Assembly: GCA_030586555.1 (NCBI GenBank)
Contig: JAURAC010000021.1
Span: 1-53,243 of the forward strand
Source of the DNA: Candidatus Subterrananammoxibius californiae
GTDB taxonomy: Bacteria; Planctomycetota; Brocadiia; Brocadiales; Subterrananammoxibiaceae
Length of the DNA stretch: 53,243 nucleotides
Direction of reading: 5' to 3'
Below, piece after piece: positions 8,982-18,709 of this stretch; position 1 is the first letter of the stretch, and every line of letters starts with the position of its first letter. The notes beneath the pieces are model-generated. The model ran no database searches. It saw only the letters and a list, made by a program, of their open reading frames with translations, and had not been told where the DNA came from. The position numbers and the translations under genes are program-made.

Positions 8982-9782
8982 ATGCGTAATAGTATAATTT
9001 TTATAATTATTATGTGTTTTGTGTTAAGTGTTGGTTTTATAGGTTGTAGGCAAAAAGCGCCTGAGCCACAAGAGGCGGCTGAGGAGTCAAAAGGATTGGG
9101 TGAGCAAATTAAGTCTGAAGCGCAGGAGAAAATCGAGGAGGCAAAGGAAGTCGGTAAAGAGATGAAAGCTGCCGCAGAAGAGAAAATGGAGGCGGCGAAG
9201 GAGGTCGTTACAGAAAAGGCAGCCGAGGTGAAAGAGGTCGTAAAGGAAAAAGCAGCCGACGTAAAGGAGAAGATGGAGGAGGCAAAGGAATATGGTGCGG
9301 AAAAGGCATCGGAGCTAAAAGAGGCCGCTAAGGAAAAGGCTGCTGACGTAAAGGAGAAGATGGGGGAAGCGGCAGAAGCCGTTAAGGAGAAGGCATCCGA
9401 GGTAAAAGAAACCGTTACTGAAAAGGCATCTGACGTAAAAGAAGGGGTCGAAAAGAAATTAAAGTGGAGCGAGCCAGAAACAACTGACGTACAAGGGATA
9501 ATCGAGAAGTCAAAGGAACATGCGACGGTCGAAGAACAAGTCAAGTATCTTATTGGCAGGGCTAATGATTTTATGAATACGGAAAAATTTGACCTTGCCA
9601 TTCAGACCGCTCAGTATATTCTTCAAAATCTCGACCCGAACTCGCTTGAAGCCAATGAAATTATAGAGAGGGCTAAGGCTGCACTTAAAAGTGCTGCCGA
9701 AGGTGCGGCAAAAGGGGCAGCCGAGGGTGCTATGGAAGGTGTCAAAGAAAAGATTGGCGACTTTGGTCAATTTGAAAAGTAA
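8982..9782 (+). CDS. Lipoprotein, paralogue 3 (11-mer amphipathic EKA repeats, LEA-like)
   Basis: Lipobox FIGC; EKAA(E/D)VKE repeats; same C-terminal domain; AGGAGG RBS. Confidence 0.75.
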   Translation: MRNSIIFIIIMCFVLSVGFIGCRQKAPEPQEAAEESKGLGEQIKSEAQEKIEEAKEVGKEMKAAAEEKMEAAKEVVTEKAAEVKEVVKEKAADVKEKMEEAKEYGAEKASELKEAAKEKAADVKEKMGEAAEAVKEKASEVKETVTEKASDVKEGVEKKLKWSEPETTDVQGIIEKSKEHATVEEQVKYLIGRANDFMNTEKFDLAIQTAQYILQNLDPNSLEANEIIERAKAALKSAAEGAAKGAAEGAMEGVKEKIGDFGQFEK

Positions 9783-9857
9783 ATTCGGGAAACGAGTGAA
9801 TTACGGGCTGTTTATTAGGTTTATTGTATTTGTTAAGGGTTAGGGTGTATTAAATAA

Positions 9858-11186
9858 TTGAAGTATAACGCTAACAAATTTATTCAATTCCTTAAAGCGG
9901 ATGTCTGGCGGATTCGTGCCAATAAGCTTTCCCGTGCAAGGGCATTCTGGCTTAAACAACTGAGGATTATCCTGCTCGCTATGCGGGGATTTGGTAAGGA
10001 TAAATGTCAATTGAGAGCTTCAGCCTTGACGTTTTATTCCTTGCTTTCTTTTGTCCCCATTGTAGCTATGGCTTTTGGGGTGGCTAAAGGCTTTGGTTTT
10101 GAGAAGCTCCTTGAGAAGCAACTGTATGAGAAATTGCCGGGACAGGAAGAAGCGGTGGAGAGGATTGTCAGTTTTGCTCGTTCGTATCTGGAAAATGCCC
10201 AGGGAGGAGTAATTGCCGGAATTGGTATTGCTTTTTTATTTTTGATGGCGGTAAATATTTTGAGCAATATCGAAAGTTCTTTCAATGATATATGGGGGGT
10301 TAAAAAGGCAAGGTCTATCGGAAGAAAGTTTAGCGACTATCTTTCGATTATGTTGGTTTGTCCAATCCTGTTAATTATGTCGAGTAGCATCACCGTTTTA
10401 ATTAAGAGCCAGGTTACACTGTTCACACAGAAAATAACTCTTTTAGGCATTTTTAGTCCGGTCATATTTAAGCTCGTTGAATTACTCCCTTATTGTTTTA
10501 TTTGGATTTCGTTTACATTTTTTTATATCTTTATGCCTAACACAAAGGTGAATTTCAGGTCGGGTCTAACAGGAGGGATAATTGCCGGAACCATATATCA
10601 GGTTGCTCAATGGGGATATATAACTTTTCAGATTGGGGTTTCCAGTTTTGGAGCAATCTACGGGAGTTTTGCAGCCTTGCCTCTATTTTTGTTTTGGTTG
10701 CAGGTCAGTTGGCTTATCGTGCTTTTTGGGGCTGAGATTTCTTTTGCTGAGCAAAATGTAGAAACGTATGAATTTGAACCTGATTGTCTTGAGGTAAGTT
10801 ACTCATTCAAAAGACTCCTGGCATTAAGAATTACCCATTTGTGCGTAAAGAATTTCTGTAATTCTCACAAGCCCTGGACAGAAGATACGATAGCAAGTTT
10901 TCTTGAGACCCCTATCAGGTTAGTTCGTCAACTACTTTTTGAATTGACACAGTCCGGGGTCCTCTCGGAAGTTAAATTAAATGATAGTGTTACTGTTGCC
11001 TATCAGCCCGCTCACGATGTTAGTGAGCTTACGATAGAGAAAGTTATTAATGCTTTGGAGCAAAGAGGAATTGATAATATTCCCGTTGCGGAATCAGATG
11101 AAATGGTTAAACTTTCTAAACATTTAAATGAATTTAATAAAACGCTCGAAAGGTCGCCCGCAAATTTAATTTTAAAAGATATATAA
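9858..11186 (+). CDS. YihY/BrkB family membrane protein with C-terminal winged-helix domain
   Basis: ASALTFYSLLS.VP, IESSFNDIW and IYGSFAALPLFL.WL...W.IVLFGAEI. Confidence 0.9.
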   Translation: MKYNANKFIQFLKADVWRIRANKLSRARAFWLKQLRIILLAMRGFGKDKCQLRASALTFYSLLSFVPIVAMAFGVAKGFGFEKLLEKQLYEKLPGQEEAVERIVSFARSYLENAQGGVIAGIGIAFLFLMAVNILSNIESSFNDIWGVKKARSIGRKFSDYLSIMLVCPILLIMSSSITVLIKSQVTLFTQKITLLGIFSPVIFKLVELLPYCFIWISFTFFYIFMPNTKVNFRSGLTGGIIAGTIYQVAQWGYITFQIGVSSFGAIYGSFAALPLFLFWLQVSWLIVLFGAEISFAEQNVETYEFEPDCLEVSYSFKRLLALRITHLCVKNFCNSHKPWTEDTIASFLETPIRLVRQLLFELTQSGVLSEVKLNDSVTVAYQPAHDVSELTIEKVINALEQRGIDNIPVAESDEMVKLSKHLNEFNKTLERSPANLILKDI

Positions 11187-11240
11187 TCTTTTAGTCATGA
11201 AACAAATCCAAAGTTATAAAGATGACGAAAGGGGTGAATT

Positions 11241-12257
11241 ATGAGAAGGATAATAAAAGGCATAATAATATTTTTTATTGTCATAGCGAGCCTTGTTATT
11301 GGTTTTGTTCTTGTTAGAAATCCTTTAATTAAAGCAGTTGTAACTACGAAAGCATCTGAGTCTGCGGGTGCCCCTGTTCATATTGACAGTTTTTCTTTCG
11401 GTATTTTCAAGCAGGCAATCAGGATAAAAGGTTTTAAGCTTTTTAATCCCGAAGGTTTTCCCAAGGAGGCGATTTTTGATATTCCGGAGGTAAGCATTGA
11501 TTATGACCTTTCTGCCCTCTTAGCAGGAAAGCTTCATCTACCATACCTTGCTGTTAATTTAAAGGAGGTGGTTGTAATAAGAAATAAAGAGGGGAAATTA
11601 AATGTTGATACCTTAAAAGCTGCTACGAAGGAGGAAAAGCCCTCTGAGAAGGAAGAGGCAAAAGAGCCGTCAGAAGCCATGGAAATGCAAATTGATGTTA
11701 TGAAATTGAGCATCGGAAAGGTTATTTATAGAGATTACAGTATGGGTGAGAAACCCATTGTAGTATCTTACGATGTGGGCATTAAAGAAAAGACGTATAA
11801 GAACGTAACAGATGCACGGGAGCTTGCAGTTTTGATAATGGTAGAGGCTATTGGGCCCACAGCCATAAAGGCGGCGGTTGTTAAAGGGAAAGAGGCAGTC
11901 GTAAAAGGGGCTGAAACTGCAATTGGAGTGGTGTCTTTACCAGCAGAGGGTGTTGGGGAAGTTGCAGACATTGCAGGGAAGTTGTTAGGCAAGGAAAGCG
12001 GTGTTGCTTTTAATGTGGGATTTGATAAAGCATATGAGGTGACATTAGGAATTATTCAGCAAATAGGCGAAGTCACTAAAGACGATAAAAACAAAGGGTT
12101 AATTAAGGCTAAAGTGGATGGAAGCGACGTTACTGTTGAAATTACTAAAAAAGCAGCAGAAGATGTTCAAATTAAAGTTTCGGCTCGAAAATTAGTGCTT
12201 CCACAACCAAAGCTTGCTGAAGAAATTCTTTCTAAGATTTCTGAAAAGTTGAGATAG
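11241..12257 (+). CDS. AsmA-like membrane-anchored protein with a DUF3568-like C-terminal domain
   Basis: N-terminal TM, NPEGF motif, G.LNV; beta-rich C-terminus. Confidence 0.6.
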   Translation: MRRIIKGIIIFFIVIASLVIGFVLVRNPLIKAVVTTKASESAGAPVHIDSFSFGIFKQAIRIKGFKLFNPEGFPKEAIFDIPEVSIDYDLSALLAGKLHLPYLAVNLKEVVVIRNKEGKLNVDTLKAATKEEKPSEKEEAKEPSEAMEMQIDVMKLSIGKVIYRDYSMGEKPIVVSYDVGIKEKTYKNVTDARELAVLIMVEAIGPTAIKAAVVKGKEAVVKGAETAIGVVSLPAEGVGEVADIAGKLLGKESGVAFNVGFDKAYEVTLGIIQQIGEVTKDDKNKGLIKAKVDGSDVTVEITKKAAEDVQIKVSARKLVLPQPKLAEEILSKISEKLR

Positions 12258-12277
12258 CAAAAACCTTATGCACACTG

Positions 12278-12442
12278 TTATTTAGCCCTTTTTTGTATTA
12301 TCCACCCTATGAAAAATACTGCACCTCCTACGGTAAGGAGCATCATCTCCTTGCCCATGTTATGTCTGAAGATGCCAAAATACAGGGCTTCGCCGAGTAA
12401 GAATATGCCAAATATCTGGAGTACCTTCGGGATATAATACAT
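12278..12442 (-). CDS. Small two-TM protein (54 aa), absent from the ORF track
   Basis: MYYIPKVLQIFGIFLLGEALYFGIFRHNMGKEMMLLTVGGAVFFIGWIIQKRAK, co-oriented directly downstream of the GDT1 gene. Confidence 0.65.
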   Translation of the reverse strand: MYYIPKVLQIFGIFLLGEALYFGIFRHNMGKEMMLLTVGGAVFFIGWIIQKRAK

Positions 12443-12477
12443 AACAATTTATGTAGGGGCAGGTTTTAAACCTGCCC

Positions 12478-12750
12478 TTACAGTTTACCAACCAGTATAA
12501 GGACACCGATTATTATAAAGGCAGCTGCAGAAAGGTTTTTGATGACCTGCATAGGCAGAAACCTTGTAATTCCCACTCCAACAATGACTGCCAGCATGGT
12601 AATTATTCCAAATGCCAGCATTGCGCCAAGGTAAACGGAAAGGGGGTTCTTTGTGTCACTGCTCATCATTATTGCCGCAATCTGCGTCTTATCGCCGAGT
12701 TCTGCAAGAAAGATTGTAACAAATGTTCCTATTAATATTTTCCAGTTCAT
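12478..12750 (-). CDS. TMEM165/GDT1 (UPF0016) half-size transporter
   Basis: FLAELGDKTQ motif; start at MNWKIL. Confidence 0.9.
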   Translation of the reverse strand: MNWKILIGTFVTIFLAELGDKTQIAAIMMSSDTKNPLSVYLGAMLAFGIITMLAVIVGVGITRFLPMQVIKNLSAAAFIIIGVLILVGKL

Positions 12751-12772
12751 GTAAATCTGTCCTTTCATCAGT

Positions 12773-13894
12773 TTAAAGTATAAGTGATGGCACGGACAAA
12801 CACGACCCGTCCACTGGACGGGTGGCCCCGCCATGCCACCCTGCTGAACATGCCCGTTTTCCAAATTCAAGCCTCAGTTGCCCACAAGCGGCGTTAATGC
12901 CACTGCCCTTTTTTCTTCTCAAGTTGACGTTGAGCCCTGCCTTCTTAAGAACCGCACAAAATGCTTCAATCTTTTTCTCCGATGGTGGTTTGTAGGTAAA
13001 TTCTGGAACAGGGTTTAGTGGTATCACATTAATATTGCATTGGTAATTCTTGAGTTTTTCAGCAAGTTCCTTTGCATTCTCAGTGGAGGAATTCACACCA
13101 TCAATCAATAAGTATTCAAACGTTACCTCCCGTCCCGTTTTTTCAAAATATTCATGGGATGCCAAAAGGATGTTTCTGATGCCAGTGCCTTTGTTGATTG
13201 GCACAATGAGGTTTCTGATTATGTCGTTTGGCGCATGGAGGGATATGGAAAGGTTTACCTGCAAGCCTTCCGTAGCAAGACGCTTAATGCCCTTTATTAA
13301 GCCGATTGTCGAGACGGTAATCTTCCTTGCCCCAATTCCCAGTCCCCAATCGGCATTTATAATCCTGATGGCTTTAAGCACGTTATCGTAATTTGCAAGG
13401 GGCTCGCCGATACCCATTAAGACAACATTAGATACACTTTCCCCGCCCGGAAGGGAATTTTTCATGTGAACTAATTGTTCTACAATCTCTCCTGCTTGCA
13501 GATTTCTTACAAGCCCATGAAGCCCACTTGCACAGAATCCGCATGCAGATGCGCATCCAACCTGTGAAGATAGGCAAGCCGTTATCCTCTGTTTATCCCT
13601 TATCAGCACACTCTCAATAATGTTATCATCGTGTAAATGTATCAAAAACTTTTCCGTGCCATCAACGTCCTTTACAACGGTTTCGATTTTCGATTGAAAG
13701 AGGGAATATTTCTCATGGAGCAGTGAACGAAGAGACTTTGGAATGTTTGTCATCTCCTCAAAGGAATACGCCCCATGTTTGTATATCCATGAGCATATTT
13801 GCCTTGCATGGTATCGCTCCTCGTTCAGAGATACGCAGATTTCTTCAATCTCACTCAATGACATATTAGTAATAGATAACGCTTCATGCCTCAT
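12773..13894 (-). CDS. rlmN: 23S rRNA m2A2503/tRNA methyltransferase RlmN
   Basis: SSQVGCASACGFCASG, MGIGEPLAN, ISLHA and INAACGQL; the C-terminal tail is REP-derived. Confidence 0.93.
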   Translation of the reverse strand: MRHEALSITNMSLSEIEEICVSLNEERYHARQICSWIYKHGAYSFEEMTNIPKSLRSLLHEKYSLFQSKIETVVKDVDGTEKFLIHLHDDNIIESVLIRDKQRITACLSSQVGCASACGFCASGLHGLVRNLQAGEIVEQLVHMKNSLPGGESVSNVVLMGIGEPLANYDNVLKAIRIINADWGLGIGARKITVSTIGLIKGIKRLATEGLQVNLSISLHAPNDIIRNLIVPINKGTGIRNILLASHEYFEKTGREVTFEYLLIDGVNSSTENAKELAEKLKNYQCNINVIPLNPVPEFTYKPPSEKKIEAFCAVLKKAGLNVNLRRKKGSGINAACGQLRLEFGKRACSAGWHGGATRPVDGSCLSVPSLIL

Positions 13895-13989
13895 AGTAAT
13901 CTTTTGATTAAAGATTGATTCAACGAACATAAAGTTCGTTGTCTACCATCAACATACGCAACCCATAGGAATGGGTATACAACGAGGTT

Positions 13990-14427
13990 TTACCTCGTTG
14001 ATTCAATTATCTTTCGCAACTCGCCGCTTTCAATGGACCTCTCAAATGCCAAGATGTCATTAAATACGGCAGTTGAAAGGAATTTCACGGCCCAGTTGTC
14101 TTTTAAAGGAGAGATTGAGATTACAACCTTCTTCTTATGATAGGCTTCCCACATCTCAATGGCAGTACCCATACTTGCTTCTGGCAAAAATGCAATAAGC
14201 ACGTCTGCCTCTGCTGCCCTGCACATTAAATCAAAGAAGACGCTTTTGCTTTTCTTCGTACCATAGTTAAGTGAGTTTGGATGGTTATCGAAGGGACAAT
14301 AAACCTTTCCCTCAGGGAAATGTTTTTTCAGGAGTGTCCTTAACTCAACTCGATAGTCCTGATTATGGATACCCTTATCGGCTATGGAACCCTGAATTAT
14401 ACCGGCTATAAAAAAACTCACGCTCAT
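13990..14427 (-). CDS. Nucleoside 2-deoxyribosyltransferase-like protein
   Basis: FIAG, ADVLIAF and SMGTAIEMWEA motifs. Confidence 0.65.
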   Translation of the reverse strand: MSVSFFIAGIIQGSIADKGIHNQDYRVELRTLLKKHFPEGKVYCPFDNHPNSLNYGTKKSKSVFFDLMCRAAEADVLIAFLPEASMGTAIEMWEAYHKKKVVISISPLKDNWAVKFLSTAVFNDILAFERSIESGELRKIIESTR

Positions 14428-14479
14428 ACTTCTATTTTAATCCCCCTTTCCCCCTTTAGTAAAGGGGGATTTAGGGGGA

Positions 14480-16153
14480 TTACGATCTCTTTACAAGACC
14501 TCTTGTAATCTGCCGTAACTCCTCCGCCCTTAGCAAATAACTGACGCCTGCAAATACTGCAAGGGAGGCAATGAGAGGAACGAAAAGCCTAATTACCTTG
14601 AAAAGCGTACCGGCATCGCCAACAGAAAATATTTTAAGAACCAGCCAGCACGCCAATGCCATAAAAGCCGTGGCGATAAAAGTCTTAATAAACGATATTA
14701 CAATCTCTTTGCCTTTCGTTATCCTGATTTTCCATCTCAGGACAATAAAGAGCAGTACGATTTGCACTATTGCGCAGATTGAGGTGGAGAGCGCTAAGCC
14801 CCCTTCCTGGATGTACCATATAAGCGTAAGATTGAGTATTATGTTAAGGAACACCATTGCTACCCCTGTTTTAACGGGTGTCACAGTATCCTGTAATGAA
14901 TAGAACGTTCTTATAAGCACGTGCAATCCACAGTATGCCCAAACGCCTATAGAATAGAAAAGTATCACAGAGGCTGTCCGCTGTGAGGATTCCGCTGCAA
15001 AGGCATTGCGTTCGTAGAATAGCTGGACTAAGGGTTCGCGCAACAAAATAAGCCCTACAGAAGCTGGTATGCCGATAAAAAACACCATACGCAGCGCATT
15101 AGAAAAGGCGTCAGAAAAATTCGCCCAATCCTTACGCACGGCGTGTGTAGAAAGGGTCGGGAACACAGCCGTTGCCATGGCTATTCCAAAGATGCCGAGC
15201 GGGAACTCAATTAACCTGTCTCCGTAGTAAAGAACAGAGGCTGCGCCACTTTTAAGTGGATAGTCTATGCTCATCCCTGCAAAGGTAATTTCTGTGGGAC
15301 CACCGGGAGAGGGGGCAAAACCCACGGCAATGAAGCTGTTGATAAGGACGTTTAATTGAACTACCGCAAGGCCAAATATCACTGGACCGATTAATCTTAT
15401 GATTCTAATAAGGCCTGGATGTGAGAAATCAAGTTGAGGTTTAAATAATTTTATGCCTTGACCATCCCCCTCACCCTTCCCTCTCCCCATTGGGGAGAGG
15501 GTCAGGGTGTGGGTGCTCTTAAGCACAGGTATCTGCATCCCGAGCTGTACAAATCCCGCTACGAATACGGCTATAGCTACGCCAAAGACCTTTTTGTCGA
15601 GTCCTCCGCTTATTAATGGGGAAAATATAACAACGCCTACTATTATACATACGTTCAGGGCTACCGGAGAAAGCGCCGGCATAAAAAAATGCTTTAATGT
15701 ATTCAGTACCGCCATTGCCATAGCTACTAAACATATAAGCAGTACGTAAGGAAACATTATCTTAAGCAGATGAAAAATCAACTCCCATTTTGCCTGGAGG
15801 GTAGTAATTTTTGGAATAATCAGGAAGGCAATTTCACCGATTATCAGGATTCCACCGAGTGTAACTATGAGCATAGTAGCAACTATGTTTACTAATTGCC
15901 ATGCCTCTGCTTTAGTACGATTCTCAAGATAATCGGTAAAAACCGGTATGAATGCGGCGCTGAGAGCGCCTTCGCCGAATAACCTTCGGAAAAGGTTTGG
16001 TATCCTGAAGGCTACTGTAAAGGCATCCCATACCATACCCGTGCCAAAATAGCTGGCGCAAATCATGTCACGAGCCAAGCCTGAAATTCGGCTTAAAAGG
16101 GTACAGATACCTATGACCTTTGCAGACCTTAGAAAGCTGTGTTCATGTTGCAT
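14480..16153 (-). CDS. murJ: Lipid II flippase MurJ
   Basis: SRISGLARD, AFRIPNLFRRLFGEGALSAAFIP and RLIEFPLG. Confidence 0.95.
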   Translation of the reverse strand: MQHEHSFLRSAKVIGICTLLSRISGLARDMICASYFGTGMVWDAFTVAFRIPNLFRRLFGEGALSAAFIPVFTDYLENRTKAEAWQLVNIVATMLIVTLGGILIIGEIAFLIIPKITTLQAKWELIFHLLKIMFPYVLLICLVAMAMAVLNTLKHFFMPALSPVALNVCIIVGVVIFSPLISGGLDKKVFGVAIAVFVAGFVQLGMQIPVLKSTHTLTLSPMGRGKGEGDGQGIKLFKPQLDFSHPGLIRIIRLIGPVIFGLAVVQLNVLINSFIAVGFAPSPGGPTEITFAGMSIDYPLKSGAASVLYYGDRLIEFPLGIFGIAMATAVFPTLSTHAVRKDWANFSDAFSNALRMVFFIGIPASVGLILLREPLVQLFYERNAFAAESSQRTASVILFYSIGVWAYCGLHVLIRTFYSLQDTVTPVKTGVAMVFLNIILNLTLIWYIQEGGLALSTSICAIVQIVLLFIVLRWKIRITKGKEIVISFIKTFIATAFMALACWLVLKIFSVGDAGTLFKVIRLFVPLIASLAVFAGVSYLLRAEELRQITRGLVKRS

Positions 16154-16215
16154 AAAAATAAAAGGTGAAAAGGTTAAAAGGCTAAAAGGTCAAGAGGTTA
16201 AAAGCCCGGTCTTTT

Positions 16216-17544
16216 TTACCTCTTAGCCTCTTCACCTCTTAGCCTCTTCACCTCTTCTTTCAGCTCATCAATCTGCTGATTTTGAAGAGTTATGGTATTA
16301 TTAGCCTCGGAAAGTTCTTTTGTTTTTTGAACAACGGACTCTGCCATAATATTAAATGACTCGGCTAATTCGCCAATTTCATCGTTTCTTTTGACTCGTA
16401 CCATTTGTTGACTCGCTATTAGGCTTGTAAGATGCTCTGGACTTGTTTTTAGCCCGGCAGTAATTCGTTTTGTTGCCTCCGTGAGACTTCGGATGGGGTT
16501 AGATATTTTTTTGCCCAGGAAGAAGGCAAATATCATTACACCCACTGCAAGCATCATGAATATGCTTACGGTGGTATTTCGCAACTTGAACGCTGCTCTG
16601 TAACCCTCTTCAATGTCTATTTCTGCTATAACGCCCCACTCATACTCAGGAATCCAGCGCCAGAAGCCAAGTACGTTCACCCCTCTATAATCTTTGTAAC
16701 CTTTTCCATCGTATCCTTCCGCCTTTTTAAGGCATTCCTTTACACCTTTTGTGGATTCCCCTGTCCCGGGGTCCGTTACCTTAAGCTCCAGGGTCGTTCG
16801 CTTCCTTATTACACCCTTCTTTTTTAAATTATCTGCAAATCTTGATTCTGTCAACATATAACCATCTTTATCAATAAGGTATGTTTCGCCAGTTAGACCA
16901 ATTTTGGTATTATGCATTACCTTATTAATCTTTGCAACATCAATGCGCAGGGCTACAACACCAAGGACGTCAGGCGAGCTCATAGTGCCAAATTTATTTA
17001 TTATCGGGGCTGAAACGAACATCGTTGGCATTCCTTTTTCCAATTCGCCCTCTTCGTTTTCTATAGGAACAAGCGAGGGCTGTACCTGTGAAACGAAGGT
17101 ATTACCCTTTATAGCCTCGAGAAAATAATCCTGGCGCGAAACATCAGAGCTGATAAGCTTGCTCTCTGTTGCAACCTTTACTATGCCGTTTCTGTCACTA
17201 ATGATAACTTCTTTATAGCCGTACTCATCCCGTATATATTCAAAGTATTTTGTGTAATCGAGATATTTTAAGAGTTCAGAGTATTCCTTATCTGCTTCGG
17301 TATATTGTGTGGCAAGGGTTACAAATGGATTTTCAGCGATGACCCTTGCATCGCCTTTACGGTCATCCATCCAGCTCTTAACATGCTCGACCTGCTTTTG
17401 TACTACGCCGTCGAGATTCCGCACTAATTCGTCCTGCATGGTTCGCTGGGTAATGGGTGAGACAAACATTACCATCACAAGCAGGGGGATTAATGCAACG
17501 ATAAGGAATATAATGCCGAGCGTATTTGTGATAGATTTGCGCAT
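16216..17544 (-). CDS. Cache + HAMP sensor protein with no output domain
   Basis: TM, dCache (GETYLID..G.M, YKDYRG..VLG), TM, HAMP (RNDEIGELAESFN), then a short coiled coil. Confidence 0.8.
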   Translation of the reverse strand: MRKSITNTLGIIFLIVALIPLLVMVMFVSPITQRTMQDELVRNLDGVVQKQVEHVKSWMDDRKGDARVIAENPFVTLATQYTEADKEYSELLKYLDYTKYFEYIRDEYGYKEVIISDRNGIVKVATESKLISSDVSRQDYFLEAIKGNTFVSQVQPSLVPIENEEGELEKGMPTMFVSAPIINKFGTMSSPDVLGVVALRIDVAKINKVMHNTKIGLTGETYLIDKDGYMLTESRFADNLKKKGVIRKRTTLELKVTDPGTGESTKGVKECLKKAEGYDGKGYKDYRGVNVLGFWRWIPEYEWGVIAEIDIEEGYRAAFKLRNTTVSIFMMLAVGVMIFAFFLGKKISNPIRSLTEATKRITAGLKTSPEHLTSLIASQQMVRVKRNDEIGELAESFNIMAESVVQKTKELSEANNTITLQNQQIDELKEEVKRLRGEEAKR

Positions 17545-17667
17545 GGTTTAAAAAAAATAGTGTCGAGTGCGAAGTGGCAAGGTAATAGTCAAAAGGAAGT
17601 GAGACGGAAGACGAAAGAAGGTAGATGATTTCTTTCGTCTCACATCTCACTTCTCACGTCTTACTTC

Positions 17668-18354
17668 TCACTTTCTACTCGTCACTAACACCTTCTTCCT
17701 CGACACTATATCTTTTGGCACCTTTTCCCAATCCGCCAGGAATCTCTTAACTCCGTCGTCTGTAAGTGGATGCTGGACAAGTTTCTCAAATACCTCGAAT
17801 GGAATGGTGGCTATATCTGCGCCCAGGACGGCAGCATCCCTAACATGGATAGGATGCCTTATGCTCGCCACAATAATCTGTGTTTTAAAACCATAATTAT
17901 CGTAGATTGTGCGAATCTCCTCAATTAATTGCATTCCTTCCTGTCCCCTGTCATCAAGCCTGCCAATGAACGGACTAACGTAAGTGCCACCAGCCTTTGC
18001 TGCTAAGAGCGCTTGATTCGAGGAAAAGCAAAGGGTAACATTTGTCTTGATACCCTCAGCCGATAATACCTTAACGGCTTTAAGCCCTGCCTTGATAAGC
18101 GGTATCTTGACCACAATATTGTCGGCAATCCTTGCCAATTCCCTTGCCTCTTTGAGCATACCATCCGTATCGAGGCTGATGACTTCAGCGTTTACCGGTC
18201 CGTTAACTATGGAACATATCTCTTCAATTGTTTCACGGAATGGCCTTCCCGTTTTGGCTATCAAACTTGGATTTGTCGTAACCCCATCAAGAATTCCAAG
18301 GCTGTTAGCCTCCCTTATTTCCCTAACATCAGCAGTATCAATAAAGAACTTCAT
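17668..18354 (-). CDS. tal: Transaldolase / fructose-6-phosphate aldolase family
   Basis: [39 protein letters not shown] and ASIR. Confidence 0.9.
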   Translation of the reverse strand: MKFFIDTADVREIREANSLGILDGVTTNPSLIAKTGRPFRETIEEICSIVNGPVNAEVISLDTDGMLKEARELARIADNIVVKIPLIKAGLKAVKVLSAEGIKTNVTLCFSSNQALLAAKAGGTYVSPFIGRLDDRGQEGMQLIEEIRTIYDNYGFKTQIIVASIRHPIHVRDAAVLGADIATIPFEVFEKLVQHPLTDDGVKRFLADWEKVPKDIVSRKKVLVTSRK

Positions 18355-18709
18355 GGTTTATCCTTTCCTTTCAGAGAGTAGCCGCAGGCTTCAGCCTGCG
18401 TTATTTACGCAACCTAAAGGTTGCGGCTACAATCTCGCTCTGAACTCTTTAATTTTGATATAGCACATTCAGCAGGGAAAGGCAAGAAAAATTTGAGTTC
18501 AGAGTTAAGAGTTGAGAGTTCTGAGTAGGGGCGACCCGGCGGGTCGCCCCTGCCTACGCCCGACTCATAGACTCTATTGCCAAAAAAAAGGTTGACTTGT
18601 TTGCTTCTTTCTGGTTAAATAAACTGTTAACCCGACCTATTTTGGAACGGAGTAGGTGCAGGTACGGGGATCTGCCACTATTCCGCATTAGAAAAAGGAG
18701 TGAATAGCA

